The notes under the pieces: model-generated
The model's database searches: none
What the model saw: only the letters and a program-made list of their open reading frames with translations
What the model was told of the DNA's origin: nothing
Shown: piece by piece, positions 1 through 9,007 of the stretch
Position numbering within the stretch: the first letter of the stretch is position 1
Layout: every line of letters starts with the position of its first letter
Program-made: the position numbers and the translations under genes
Source of the DNA: Candidatus Latescibacterota bacterium
GTDB lineage: Bacteria; Latescibacterota; UBA2968; UBA8231
Length of the DNA stretch: 64,000 nt
Assembly (NCBI GenBank): GCA_965203175.1
Contig: OZ241867.1
Span: 6,016,001 to 6,080,000 of the forward strand
Direction: 5' to 3'

Positions 1-1
1 C

Positions 2-487
2 GGCACCGACTTGATCATCGCTGGCGATCTGAGCGCGGCCCGGTTGGAGCTCGCCCGCACCATGGGCGCTCATCAAGTGCTCGCGATGGGAGAAGGTAGC
101 CCTGAGCAGCGGCAGCTAGCCCTGCAAGACATGACCGCAGGCGTAGGAGCCGATATCGTCATTGAAACAGCCGGCGTGCCCGTAGCCTTCAAAGAATCGC
201 TCGACTTAGTGCGCCGGGGTGGCATCGTCGTGGAGGTGGGGCACTTCACCGATCCAGGGGGAGTGGAGATCCGCCCGCACATCGTCTGTTTTAAAGATTT
301 GGACATTCGCGGCATGTGGGCGTACCCTTCCATGCAGTTCAAGACCGCGCTATCTTTCCTGCGTCGCACCACCGCGCCCTTGGAGCGCTTTATAACGCAC
401 CGGCTACCGCTGTCCGACATCCGCGAGGGCCTCGACATTACCGGCGGCGAAGCGGCCATGAAGGTAGTGGTGGAGCCGGGAAATTAA
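2..487 (+). CDS. Zinc-binding (MDR family) alcohol/sugar dehydrogenase, C-terminal part (5' truncated by window edge)
   Basis: Frame is open from base 2. GADIVIETAG, LVRRGGIVVEVG, ITHRLPL and terminal KVVVEP are typical of the MDR C-terminal domain. Confidence 0.85.
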   Translation, partial: GTDLIIAGDLSAARLELARTMGAHQVLAMGEGSPEQRQLALQDMTAGVGADIVIETAGVPVAFKESLDLVRRGGIVVEVGHFTDPGGVEIRPHIVCFKDLDIRGMWAYPSMQFKTALSFLRRTTAPLERFITHRLPLSDIREGLDITGGEAAMKVVVEPGN

Positions 488-491
488 CCGT

Positions 492-520
492 TTGACAGCC
501 GCGTCAGGCTAACCCAAACT
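492..520 (+). promoter_or_regulatory. Putative sigma70 promoter for the REC-PP2C operon, with a TGAC-N6-GTCA palindrome overlapping the -35
   Basis: TTGACA (492-497), 17-bp spacer, CAAACT (515-520). GGGGAG RBS precedes ATG 534. TGACAGCCGCGTCA at 493-506. Confidence 0.5.
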
Positions 521-533
521 TGGGGAGAGAGAA

Positions 534-1703
534 ATGGCAATACTACGACCCAAGATCCTCGTCGTCGACGACGAACCAGATTTAGAGCACCTAGTACGGC
601 AGCGCATGCGCCGCGAGATTCGCTCGGGCCAGTATAGCTTTATGTTTGCCCAAAACGGCGTTGAAGCCCTAGAGGTTCTAAGCGAAGAGCAAGACGTTGA
701 CATGGTGCTCTCGGATATCAACATGCCCCGGATGGACGGGCTCACCTTGCTAGAGCAAATTCCCAAGGTGGACCCCAACATCCGCTCGGTCATTGTCTCG
801 GCGTACGGCGACATGAAGAACATCCGCACGGCCATGAACCGGGGCGCGTTTGACTTCATCACCAAGCCCATCGACTTCGAGGACATGAAGGTGACTATCC
901 AGCGGACCTTGCGCCATCTAGAGCTGTGGCGCGAGGCACTGGAGTCGCGCGACAAACTGGTCGCCCTGCAAAACGAACTCAGCGTGGCCAACAAGATGCA
1001 GCAGTCCATCTTGCCCACCAGTTTTCCCACAGGTCGGGGCTTTGAAATCTTTGGCGGCATGGAGCCCGCGCGCGATGTCGGCGGCGATTTCTTCGACGTC
1101 TTGTCCCTCGAAGACGGCCGCATCGGTCTCGTCGTCGCCGATGTATCGGACAAAGGCGTGCCGGCGGCCCTGTTTATGATGTCGAGCCGTACCCTGCTGA
1201 AGGGCTCGGCCATTGGCCTCGATTCGCCGGGCAAGGTATTGAGCGAAGTAAATCAACTGCTGCAAGAAGAAAATGACGCCGCCATGTTCGTAACCGTCTT
1301 TTACGCGACTTTTGACCCAGAAACAGGTCAGTTGGCCTATGCCAATGGCGGGCACAATACCCCGCTCTTGGTCCACGCCGATGGCAGCTCGACCGTGATT
1401 CCGCCGACCGGCGGAGTAGCGCTAGGCGTGGTACCAGATTTCGCCTACGAAGAAAGCTCGATATTCCTACAACCCGGCGACCGCGTCGTCTTGTACACCG
1501 ACGGCGTCACCGAGGCCGAAAACGACCAAGGCGACCAGTTCGAGCTAGAGCGCCTGTGCGAGATTTTCACCGACGGGACACCTATGGACGCCCGCGCTAC
1601 CAACGAGGCGGTTTTTGCGGCGGTCGAGGCCTTTGCCGGCGATGCCCCCCAATTTGACGACGTCACCTGCCTGACGCTTCGCCGCAGCGAGACAGACCAA
1701 TGA
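534..1703 (+). CDS. Response-regulator receiver fused to PP2C/SpoIIE phosphatase (RsbU/RsbY-like)
   Basis: REC motifs ILVVDDE, LSDINMPRMDG, ITKP. PP2C motifs GGDFFD, VADVSDKG, YTDGVTEA, DDVT. Confidence 0.93.
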   Translation: MAILRPKILVVDDEPDLEHLVRQRMRREIRSGQYSFMFAQNGVEALEVLSEEQDVDMVLSDINMPRMDGLTLLEQIPKVDPNIRSVIVSAYGDMKNIRTAMNRGAFDFITKPIDFEDMKVTIQRTLRHLELWREALESRDKLVALQNELSVANKMQQSILPTSFPTGRGFEIFGGMEPARDVGGDFFDVLSLEDGRIGLVVADVSDKGVPAALFMMSSRTLLKGSAIGLDSPGKVLSEVNQLLQEENDAAMFVTVFYATFDPETGQLAYANGGHNTPLLVHADGSSTVIPPTGGVALGVVPDFAYEESSIFLQPGDRVVLYTDGVTEAENDQGDQFELERLCEIFTDGTPMDARATNEAVFAAVEAFAGDAPQFDDVTCLTLRRSETDQ

Positions 1704-2122
1704 GCGCCCAGAGATCGCTGCTCATAGCGACAGAACTGGACGAACTGCACAAGGTCAACGCCGCTATTGAGGAGCTAGCAGAGGAAGAAAACTGGTCCCC
1801 AGACGTCACCTTTCAGATCGGGCTAGCCGTTGAGGAATTGGGGGTCAACATCGTCAACTACGGGCACGACGACGACAAAGCCCACGAAATCAAGATCGCC
1901 ATCTCCTCAGAGGACGAGGCGATTACAATCGAGATCGAGGACGACGGCCACGCCTTCAATCCGCTCGTCGACGCTCCAGAGCCAAACTTGGACGCGGCTG
2001 TTGAGGACCGTACCGTGGGTGGCCTCGGCATCCACCTCGTGCGCTCCATGATGGACGAGGTCCACTACCAGCGACAGCAAGACAAAAACTGCCTGACCTT
2101 GGTCAAGCGGAGGGATAGTTGA
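1700..2122 (+). CDS. RsbW/SpoIIAB-like anti-sigma factor Ser kinase (HATPase_c_2)
   Basis: AVEELGVNIVNY (N box), IEDDGHAFNP, GGLGIHLV. ATGA overlap with the upstream gene. Confidence 0.92.
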   Translation: MSAQRSLLIATELDELHKVNAAIEELAEEENWSPDVTFQIGLAVEELGVNIVNYGHDDDKAHEIKIAISSEDEAITIEIEDDGHAFNPLVDAPEPNLDAAVEDRTVGGLGIHLVRSMMDEVHYQRQQDKNCLTLVKRRDS

Positions 2123-3288
2123 GCAACGCACTTGCCCGATGCGCAGCCGTGCTGTTAGTGGCGAGTGCTGTGCTTGGCGAGGAACAGCCCGGCGTCTCTG
2201 ACCGGAGTATCCTCTTTGGCCAATCCGCCGCCTTTAGCGGGCCAGCCCAAGAGTTGGGCCGAAACATGCGGCTCGGGATGCAGGCGGCCTTCCGGGAGGT
2301 GAATGAGCAGGGCGGGGTCCACGGACGCCGGCTCGAATTGGTGTCGCTCGACGACGGGTACGAGCCGGAAGCCGCCATTGACAACACCCGCCAGTTGATC
2401 GAAGGCGAGCGGGTCTTCGCGCTGATCGGCGCCGTCGGCACCCCAACCTCGCGCGCAGCCGTTCCCATTGCCGAAGACGCCGGCGTCCCCTACATCGCTC
2501 CCTTCACGGGCAGTAGTTTCCTCCGCGACCCCAAGTGGCGCGGCGTGGTCAACCTGCGCGCCTCCTACTATCAGGAAACCGAGGAAATAGTCGCCCGCCT
2601 GACCGACGACTTGGGCATCGAGCGCATTGCCGTAATGTACCAAGACGACTCCTTTGGCCGAGAAGGGTTTCGCGGGGTGCGGGGCGCGTTAGAGCGCCGT
2701 GAGCTATCGCTCGTGGCGGTCGGCGTGTATCCGCGCAACACCAAGGCGGTAAAGACCGCTCTGCTCGACCTGCGCAGTGGCCAGCCCCAAGCCGTGATCT
2801 TGGTCGGGACCTACCAGCCGGTCGCCACCCTAATCGCTTGGGCGCAAACGACGAGTTTCAGCCCTATTTTTGTGACCATTTCATTCGTGGGCAGTAAGGC
2901 ATTAGCGCGGGAACTCGGCCCAGCCGGTGCTGGGGTTTTAGTCTCGCAAGTCGTGCCCTTCCCAACGGCCACCGAGCCGGCCATCGTCGGCTCGTACCGC
3001 CGTGCCCTCACAGCTCACGCCCCGCGAGCAGAGCCGAGCTTCGTCTCGTTCGAAGGCTACCTAGCCGGTCGCTTGGCCATCGCCGCCCTCACCGGCTGTG
3101 GCCGAGCAGTCAGCCGCGCCTGCCTATTGGACAACTTGCGCCGCGCCGATGTCGTCGATCTAGATGGGTTCGAGCTCCGCTATGGGGATGGCGACAATCA
3201 GGGTTCGGACGCGGTCTTCCTCACCGTGCTCGACAGCGACGGCCAATACCGCCCCATCCACTCCTTGAAGGGCGCGACGAAGCCATGA
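2119..3288 (+). CDS. Periplasmic ligand-binding protein, type I (LivK/AmiC-like fold), orphan (no ABC permease or ATPase)
   Basis: Signal peptide; FGQSAAFSGPAQELG, GGVHGRRLELVSLDDGYEP, IGAVGTPT, EGYLAG. Overlaps both neighbours by 4 nt. Confidence 0.88.
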   Translation: MSNALARCAAVLLVASAVLGEEQPGVSDRSILFGQSAAFSGPAQELGRNMRLGMQAAFREVNEQGGVHGRRLELVSLDDGYEPEAAIDNTRQLIEGERVFALIGAVGTPTSRAAVPIAEDAGVPYIAPFTGSSFLRDPKWRGVVNLRASYYQETEEIVARLTDDLGIERIAVMYQDDSFGREGFRGVRGALERRELSLVAVGVYPRNTKAVKTALLDLRSGQPQAVILVGTYQPVATLIAWAQTTSFSPIFVTISFVGSKALARELGPAGAGVLVSQVVPFPTATEPAIVGSYRRALTAHAPRAEPSFVSFEGYLAGRLAIAALTGCGRAVSRACLLDNLRRADVVDLDGFELRYGDGDNQGSDAVFLTVLDSDGQYRPIHSLKGATKP

Positions 3289-5531
3289 TCTCCCTACTGA
3301 AACGCCTACTCGCAGCCCGTCATCGCATCGCCTTTCATCTGTACATGGGCATCGGCACGGCCGTGGCCCTCACCATGGTCGCGAGTTTGGTGGCTTGGTT
3401 TTCCTTCGACCAAGTCGGCGATGCCCAAAGGCAGGTAAACGAGCGGGCCGTCCCAGAGATAGCCACCGCTTTTGCGGTCGCCCAGCAAAGCGGCACCCTC
3501 GCCGCGGCAGCTCCGCGCTTGGTGGCGGCCGAGACGCCGATGGCCTTCAATGAGGTCGCCGCTAAAGTCACCGCCGAGCGGGACGACTTTAAAAAGCAAT
3601 TGGCCGCCCTGACCCAGCAGGGCGCAGCCGAGCAACGCTTCGCGCGGATTCGCGCCCACGGCGACACCCTCATCGCCAACATCAACGCGATTGAGACTTC
3701 GGTGTCCAAGCGCTTTGAACTCAGAGAGCGCAGCCGTGGATTGCAAAAAAACCTAGAGACACTGCAAAACGAACTGGTCGGTATCTTGACTCCGGCCATC
3801 GACGATCAACTATTCTACGCAATGACCGGCTACCGCACCCTCGGCGAACCGCCCGCACCCCGTGCCCAGCACCTTTCAGAGGCCGAGCTTTCTCTTTATC
3901 GCGATCTGGCCGAGTTGCAGGAAGGGACCACTACGGCCACGCGCCTGCTGGCCAGTGCCTTCAACCTGTCGGACGCGCGCCTGCTAGAGCCCTTACAGGA
4001 GCGCTTCGACTCCACAGTCGACGGCATCGAACGAAAACTCGCCGCACTGGGCGCAGGCCCCTTGCACAGCGCACTTGACCACCAGACACCCAAAGTTGGC
4101 TTCCGCATCGAGCGTGCCTACTTGCATAGCGAACTCGACCCGACCTTTAACCGCCTGTTCGACTTGGGTCGAGGGGACGAAAAGATCTTCGCTCTACGCG
4201 CCTCGGAACTCCAGGTCGTCGAACAGCAACGGGCACTGCTCGACCGCAACCGCGATTTGTCCATTGAACTAGTCGCCGAGGTCGAGGGCCTAGTGAATAC
4301 GGCCCGCGGGAGCGCGCAGGAGGCCACGCAAACCTCCACCCAAGCCATCTTCACTGGCCGCAAGCTCCTGCTCGCTATTAACGCGGTCGGCATCGCCGGA
4401 GCGGTCCTGATCGCTTGGCTGTTCGTCGGCCGGATGCTGCTGCGCCGCCTCGAATTTCTGTCGAATCGCATGCGCCGGATGGCAGAAGGCGACCTAGAGG
4501 CAAAGATCGAGATGCCCGGGCGCGACGAGGTTGCCGACATGGCCGCGGCCCTCGAAATCTTCCGCCACAACTCGTTGGAGGCCCAGCGGCTCAACTTGGT
4601 GGAAAAGCTGGCCGCCGACTTGGAAGAGAAAAATTCCACGCTCGAAACGGTGCTTGCCGACTTGCAGCAGGCGCAGGATCAGATCGTCATGCGCGAAAAA
4701 CTAGCTGCACTGGGCGAGCTCACTGCGGGCGTGGCGCACGAAATCCAGAATCCCTTGAACTTCGTGAAGAACTTCGCGGAGGTTTCGGAGGAACTGTTAG
4801 AAGAGCTACAAGAGGTACTAGAGCAAGACGGCCAGAAGCTAGACGACGAGCAGCGCGAGCTAATCAACGAGATCAACGGCGACTTGACCGACAATCTCGG
4901 GCGCATCCGCCAACACGGCGACCGCGCCAACCGCATTGTCCGCGATATGCTGCAGATGGGTCGCGGGTCGGGCGAGGCACGGGCCACGGATATCAACGCC
5001 CTGCTCGAAGAACACGCCCGTCTCGCTTTCCACAGCGCCCGAGCGACCAATGCGGATTTTCAGCTTGACATCAAGGAAGAGTTAGACGAGGAGGTGGGGG
5101 AGTTAGACGTGGTCCCGCAGGATTTGGCCCGCGTCTTTCTGAACATGGTGAGCAATGCCTGCTACGCCACCAACGAGAAACGAAACGCTCCAGAGACGGC
5201 ATCCGACTACGTTCCCACGCTCTGGATCAGCTCCCAGCGAACACCCGATCAAGTCGAAGTCTGCATCCGCGACAATGGGAACGGGATCCCGCCGGATGTC
5301 GTCGACAAAATCTTCAACCCATTCTTTACGACTAAGCCGACCGATCAGGGAACCGGGCTCGGGCTCGCGCTGTCCAACGACATCGTGCGCGAACACGGGG
5401 GCACCATCAAGGTCCACTCCGAGCCTGGAGAATTTACCGAGATGACCATCGAGCTGCCTGCGGTGCGACCGTCAGCCCTGCAGTCAGCCGAAGCCAATCC
5501 AGACGCGACGACGCCCTCCTCTTCAGTTTGA
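3285..5531 (+). CDS. Membrane sensor histidine kinase (large helical TorS-like periplasmic domain, HAMP, HisKA, HATPase)
   Basis: Two TM segments flank a long helical region. HAMP (MAEGDLEAKI..GRDEVADMA), H box AGVAHEIQNPLNF, N box LNMVSNA, DNGNGIP, FNPFFTTK, GTGLGL. Confidence 0.92.
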   Translation: MISLLKRLLAARHRIAFHLYMGIGTAVALTMVASLVAWFSFDQVGDAQRQVNERAVPEIATAFAVAQQSGTLAAAAPRLVAAETPMAFNEVAAKVTAERDDFKKQLAALTQQGAAEQRFARIRAHGDTLIANINAIETSVSKRFELRERSRGLQKNLETLQNELVGILTPAIDDQLFYAMTGYRTLGEPPAPRAQHLSEAELSLYRDLAELQEGTTTATRLLASAFNLSDARLLEPLQERFDSTVDGIERKLAALGAGPLHSALDHQTPKVGFRIERAYLHSELDPTFNRLFDLGRGDEKIFALRASELQVVEQQRALLDRNRDLSIELVAEVEGLVNTARGSAQEATQTSTQAIFTGRKLLLAINAVGIAGAVLIAWLFVGRMLLRRLEFLSNRMRRMAEGDLEAKIEMPGRDEVADMAAALEIFRHNSLEAQRLNLVEKLAADLEEKNSTLETVLADLQQAQDQIVMREKLAALGELTAGVAHEIQNPLNFVKNFAEVSEELLEELQEVLEQDGQKLDDEQRELINEINGDLTDNLGRIRQHGDRANRIVRDMLQMGRGSGEARATDINALLEEHARLAFHSARATNADFQLDIKEELDEEVGELDVVPQDLARVFLNMVSNACYATNEKRNAPETASDYVPTLWISSQRTPDQVEVCIRDNGNGIPPDVVDKIFNPFFTTKPTDQGTGLGLALSNDIVREHGGTIKVHSEPGEFTEMTIELPAVRPSALQSAEANPDATTPSSSV

Positions 5532-5861
5532 TTACGACAGTGCGGCGAGTGCCTCTTCTTCGGAGGCGTGGATCGCAATGATCTTGTCAAAACCGCTGAT
5601 TTCGAAAATTTCCCGTATCGGCTCCGAAAGCGAGCATAGCGCGAACTGAGCACTGCGCTGCTGGAGCGTTTTGGCAATCAGCAGGAACGTCCGCAGGCCC
5701 GCACTGCTGATGTAGTTGATGGCCGCCAAATCGACGAGCACCGCGCTGCTGTCCGAGCCGATCGCCTCGCTTAAGGCCTCGTGGAAGTCGCGGGCATTGA
5801 CCCCGTCGATGCGGCCTTCGGGCTTGGCGATTAATACGCCATCCTTCTGTTCGGTGTTCAC
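5532..5861 (-). CDS. STAS-domain anti-sigma-factor antagonist (RsbV/SpoIIAA-like)
   Basis: GRIDG, VDLAAINYISSAGLR containing the phosphoacceptor Ser region, EIFEISGF; 109 aa. Confidence 0.92.
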   Translation of the reverse strand: MNTEQKDGVLIAKPEGRIDGVNARDFHEALSEAIGSDSSAVLVDLAAINYISSAGLRTFLLIAKTLQQRSAQFALCSLSEPIREIFEISGFDKIIAIHASEEEALAALS

Positions 5862-5906
5862 TTGATCTCCTGCCTTTCTAAATGGTATGCACCGGCTGCT
5901 GGCCGG

Positions 5907-7292
5907 TTATGAATTGTTCCGAATTTGGTCAACGTCATCCTGGTCGGGCATGAGCACGAACTCAGGATACGCTTCGATTCCGAGCTCTGCGGCATCCTGG
6001 CCGAGTTCTTCAACGGTTTGCGACACCCGCGCCCCGATTGTCTTGCCTATAACAAACCACGCGAGCCACGAAGCCGCAAACGTAAACGCGCCAACCGCCA
6101 ACACCCCGATGAGCTGAACGCCAAGGTTGCCACCGGCTGCAATGCAGACTGCCAGGGTCCCCCAAATGCCGGCGAATAAGTGGGCCGGAATCGCACCGAC
6201 AACATCGTCTACCTTGACGATCTCCAACACCCTCATCGCGCCGACGCACACCACACCGCCTATAGCACCAATTATGAGCGACCAGTGGTGATCGACGATA
6301 TCTGGCCCAGCCGTAATAGAGACGAGGCCACCGAGCGCGCCGTTGAGGACAGCGAGCAGATCGATGCGTCCTAAGATCGGCCGCGATACGATGAGAGCAG
6401 CTATGACGCCGGCCGCGGCCGCAAGATTGGTATTCACGAGTACATTGCTCATGGCGACGGCATCGAGCGCGCTCGATAGCGCAAGCTGCGAGCCACCGTT
6501 GAAGCCGAACCACCCGAGCCACAAAATAAAGACGCCCAAGGTCACGGCGGGGATGTTGGAAGGCGCCGTGGCCTTGACGCTGCCGTCGGCGCGAAATTTC
6601 CCGTGCCGCGCCCCGACGACGAGTGCGCCGGCGAGCGCAGCCCAACCTCCGGTCGAATGCACGATGGTAGAGCCGGCGAAATCCTTAAACCCCATGGCAC
6701 TCAGCCAGCCGCCACCCCAAGTCCAAGCCCCGACAATGGGATAGATGATTGTAGTCAACACGGCCGTAAAAACGAGAAACGCCCACAACTTCACCCGCTC
6801 GGCCAGCGCGCCCGATACAATAGAAGCGGTCGTCGCCACAAAGACCATCTGGAAAAACCAGTCCGACATTTTGGCATGGCCGGCCTTTGTCACGTCTGCC
6901 GCGGCCGAGGCCTGACCGGACAACAGCTTGAGCTCATCGTCCGAAGGCCCGTATAAAAACTTGAGCGTGCCGATCCAGCCTTCCTGAACATCGACGTACA
7001 TGAGGTTGTACCCAACCAAGTAGTACGTGATCCCGGCAATCGAATAAAGCCCGATGTTCTTGAGGCAGATCATGGAGGCGTTCTTGGTGCGCACGGACCC
7101 AGCTTCGAGCATGGTAAAGCCCGCGCACATCCACATTATGAGCGCGCCCCAAACGAGAAACGAGAAAGTATTGAGGATGAATTGCAGTTCTTCGCCGCTC
7201 GCAGCATAAGCCCCAGTCGCCCCCATTAGGAGGCTGGAGGCCACAATAAATCCGCCCACCCGCAATGCGCTGCCACTCGAGTTTCCAAGCAT
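5907..7292 (-). CDS. amtB: Ammonium transporter (Amt family)
   Basis: AGFTMLEAG, FFQMVF, DFAGSTIVHSTGG (His1), WFGFNGGS, DDVVGAIPAH (His2), C-terminal EAYPEF. Confidence 0.96.
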   Translation of the reverse strand: MLGNSSGSALRVGGFIVASSLLMGATGAYAASGEELQFILNTFSFLVWGALIMWMCAGFTMLEAGSVRTKNASMICLKNIGLYSIAGITYYLVGYNLMYVDVQEGWIGTLKFLYGPSDDELKLLSGQASAAADVTKAGHAKMSDWFFQMVFVATTASIVSGALAERVKLWAFLVFTAVLTTIIYPIVGAWTWGGGWLSAMGFKDFAGSTIVHSTGGWAALAGALVVGARHGKFRADGSVKATAPSNIPAVTLGVFILWLGWFGFNGGSQLALSSALDAVAMSNVLVNTNLAAAAGVIAALIVSRPILGRIDLLAVLNGALGGLVSITAGPDIVDHHWSLIIGAIGGVVCVGAMRVLEIVKVDDVVGAIPAHLFAGIWGTLAVCIAAGGNLGVQLIGVLAVGAFTFAASWLAWFVIGKTIGARVSQTVEELGQDAAELGIEAYPEFVLMPDQDDVDQIRNNS

Positions 7293-7347
7293 ATTGATCT
7301 CCCTCCTTTGATCGAGCAGATCTTACTTCAGCGGTTTTATACTATAG

Positions 7348-7398
7348 CCAATCGCCAATCCTCTCGCAATCACCAAATCGCTTCCCAAATCTCCAAAC
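7348..7398 (-). repeat. Cluster of six short (C/G)CAA(A)TC-like direct repeats just upstream of a candidate -10 (TATAGT) for amt
   Basis: Plus-strand ccaatc 7348, ccaatc 7355, gcaatc 7366, ccaaatc 7373, ccaaatc 7385, ccaaac 7393, arranged as three pairs about 18-19 bp apart. Confidence 0.45.
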
Positions 7399-7496
7399 AA
7401 CAGGGGTTGAATATCGCTTATTTCTGCAAAAAATAAAACGACAAAATCCCTTCGGAATATTAAAAATATATTGAATACGGTTGCAATTAGCAGTTC

Positions 7497-8294
7497 CTAC
7501 ACCCGCCCGTCGAATTCGCGTCCCCTGATCAACATAAAGCGAAATTCGCCGCGCGGCTTTTCGCACTCGGTCATCAGGCGCTGTTCTTCGCTTCCAGCAC
7601 CGATATACATGGTCTCCGAGCGGAGGTAGTGCAGGGCTAGGCCGCGCCGCCGGTTGGGCGTGGGATTGGCACCCGTGCGGTGGAAGCTGAGGCCGTGGTG
7701 GAACAAACAGGAGCCAGCCGGCAATTCCACTGGTACAGGCTCGGGGATCAGGGGATTTTCCAAAAAGCGAGCTTTGTGCGCCGAATTGATAGGCCCCCAT
7801 TTATGGCTGCCCGGCAGTACGGTCATGCAGCCGTTTTCCACGGTGGCGTCGTCGAGGGCGACCCAGCAGGAGACGTGATCTTGCGGCGCAAACTGTGGCC
7901 ACGCCACGGAATCCTGGTGCCAGTCAGTGACCGTGCCGTGATAGCGCGCCTTCATCATCAACTGGTCGCAGTAGAGTTTGATATTGGGACCGAGCAAGTC
8001 CTCGATGACATCGACGATCTCCGCCTTGCGGGCCACGGCCTCAAAGAGAGGATCGAAATAGCACAGGTGGGTCATTTTGCGCACCTGATCGAGGCGATCC
8101 ACCTCAGCGTCCTCTTCCTCGCGGAAGGCGGCTTCCAACTGGACATAGCGCGGTGGCACGTGGTCGGCTTGGCCCCGAGCGATCTCCTCGCTGCGCTGGC
8201 GCAGGACCTGCAATTCCCCGTCGGCGAGGATCCGGTGATAAGGCAGGTAGCCCCGTTCCTCAAAGTGGCTTTTCTGTTCTTGCGTCAAGGCCAT
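7497..8294 (-). CDS. Phytanoyl-CoA dioxygenase (PhyH) family Fe(II)/2OG oxygenase
   Basis: Start reassigned to MALTQEQK (ATG 8294). WHQD facial-triad motif, WVALDDATVENGCM, distal His FHRTG, RRR. Confidence 0.9.
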   Translation of the reverse strand: MALTQEQKSHFEERGYLPYHRILADGELQVLRQRSEEIARGQADHVPPRYVQLEAAFREEEDAEVDRLDQVRKMTHLCYFDPLFEAVARKAEIVDVIEDLLGPNIKLYCDQLMMKARYHGTVTDWHQDSVAWPQFAPQDHVSCWVALDDATVENGCMTVLPGSHKWGPINSAHKARFLENPLIPEPVPVELPAGSCLFHHGLSFHRTGANPTPNRRRGLALHYLRSETMYIGAGSEEQRLMTECEKPRGEFRFMLIRGREFDGRV

Positions 8295-8304
8295 GACTAC
8301 TGGA

Positions 8305-8988
8305 CTAGCCCCCCATCTCAGCGCGGATCTCCCGAATCCAATCGACGCTCTGGCGCACCTTGGCTTCCAAGCCATCCCAGTCCTTGGCGGCGACAAGTTC
8401 CTTAGTAATCAGCTTGGAGCCAGCCCCGACAGCGGCAACGCCGGCCTCAAACCACGCCTCCAAACTCTCGCGGGTGGCATCGACGCCGCCGGTGGGCATA
8501 ATCCGGGTCCAAGGACAAGGGCCGAGCACGGATTTGACAAAGGCCGGACCGCCGACTTCGCTGCCGGGGAACACTTTGACGATCTCGACGCCTAGCTCCT
8601 CGGCCTGGCCTATCTCGCTGACCGAGCCGCAGCCGGGCGAATAGGCAATTTTGCGGCGATTGCACAGGCGGGCGACCTCCTCGTTGAGCAAGGGGCCGAC
8701 GACGAAGTTCGCGCCGTTGGCAATGTAAAGGGCCGCGGTGGGCGCGTCGCAGATCGAGCCAACCCCCATGATGATGTCGATTTTCTCGGCCATCACGTGG
8801 CGCACGGTCTCGGTGAAGACGTGGTAGGCCAAATCGCCGCGATTGGTGAATTCAGCGCAGCGAGCACCCCCTCGAGCGCAGGCTTCGACGATGTGAATGG
8901 TGGTTTCTGGATCGGCGTTGTAAAAGACCGGGACAATACCCGTGTCGTAGATGGCGTTGAGAACGGCCATCCGGTCGTACTGGGCCAT
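8305..8988 (-). CDS. eda: KDPG/KHG aldolase
   Basis: EFTNR, GVGSI, GANFVVGP, YSPGC, VKVFPG (Schiff-base Lys), MPTGGV. Confidence 0.92.
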   Translation of the reverse strand: MAQYDRMAVLNAIYDTGIVPVFYNADPETTIHIVEACARGGARCAEFTNRGDLAYHVFTETVRHVMAEKIDIIMGVGSICDAPTAALYIANGANFVVGPLLNEEVARLCNRRKIAYSPGCGSVSEIGQAEELGVEIVKVFPGSEVGGPAFVKSVLGPCPWTRIMPTGGVDATRESLEAWFEAGVAAVGAGSKLITKELVAAKDWDGLEAKVRQSVDWIREIRAEMGG

Positions 8989-9007
8989 TGTGTCTCCTTA
9001 AAGCGAA

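Noticed and set aside
2119-3288. Branched-chain amino acid ABC transporter operon
   Set aside because: No permease or ATPase genes lie near either binding-protein copy.
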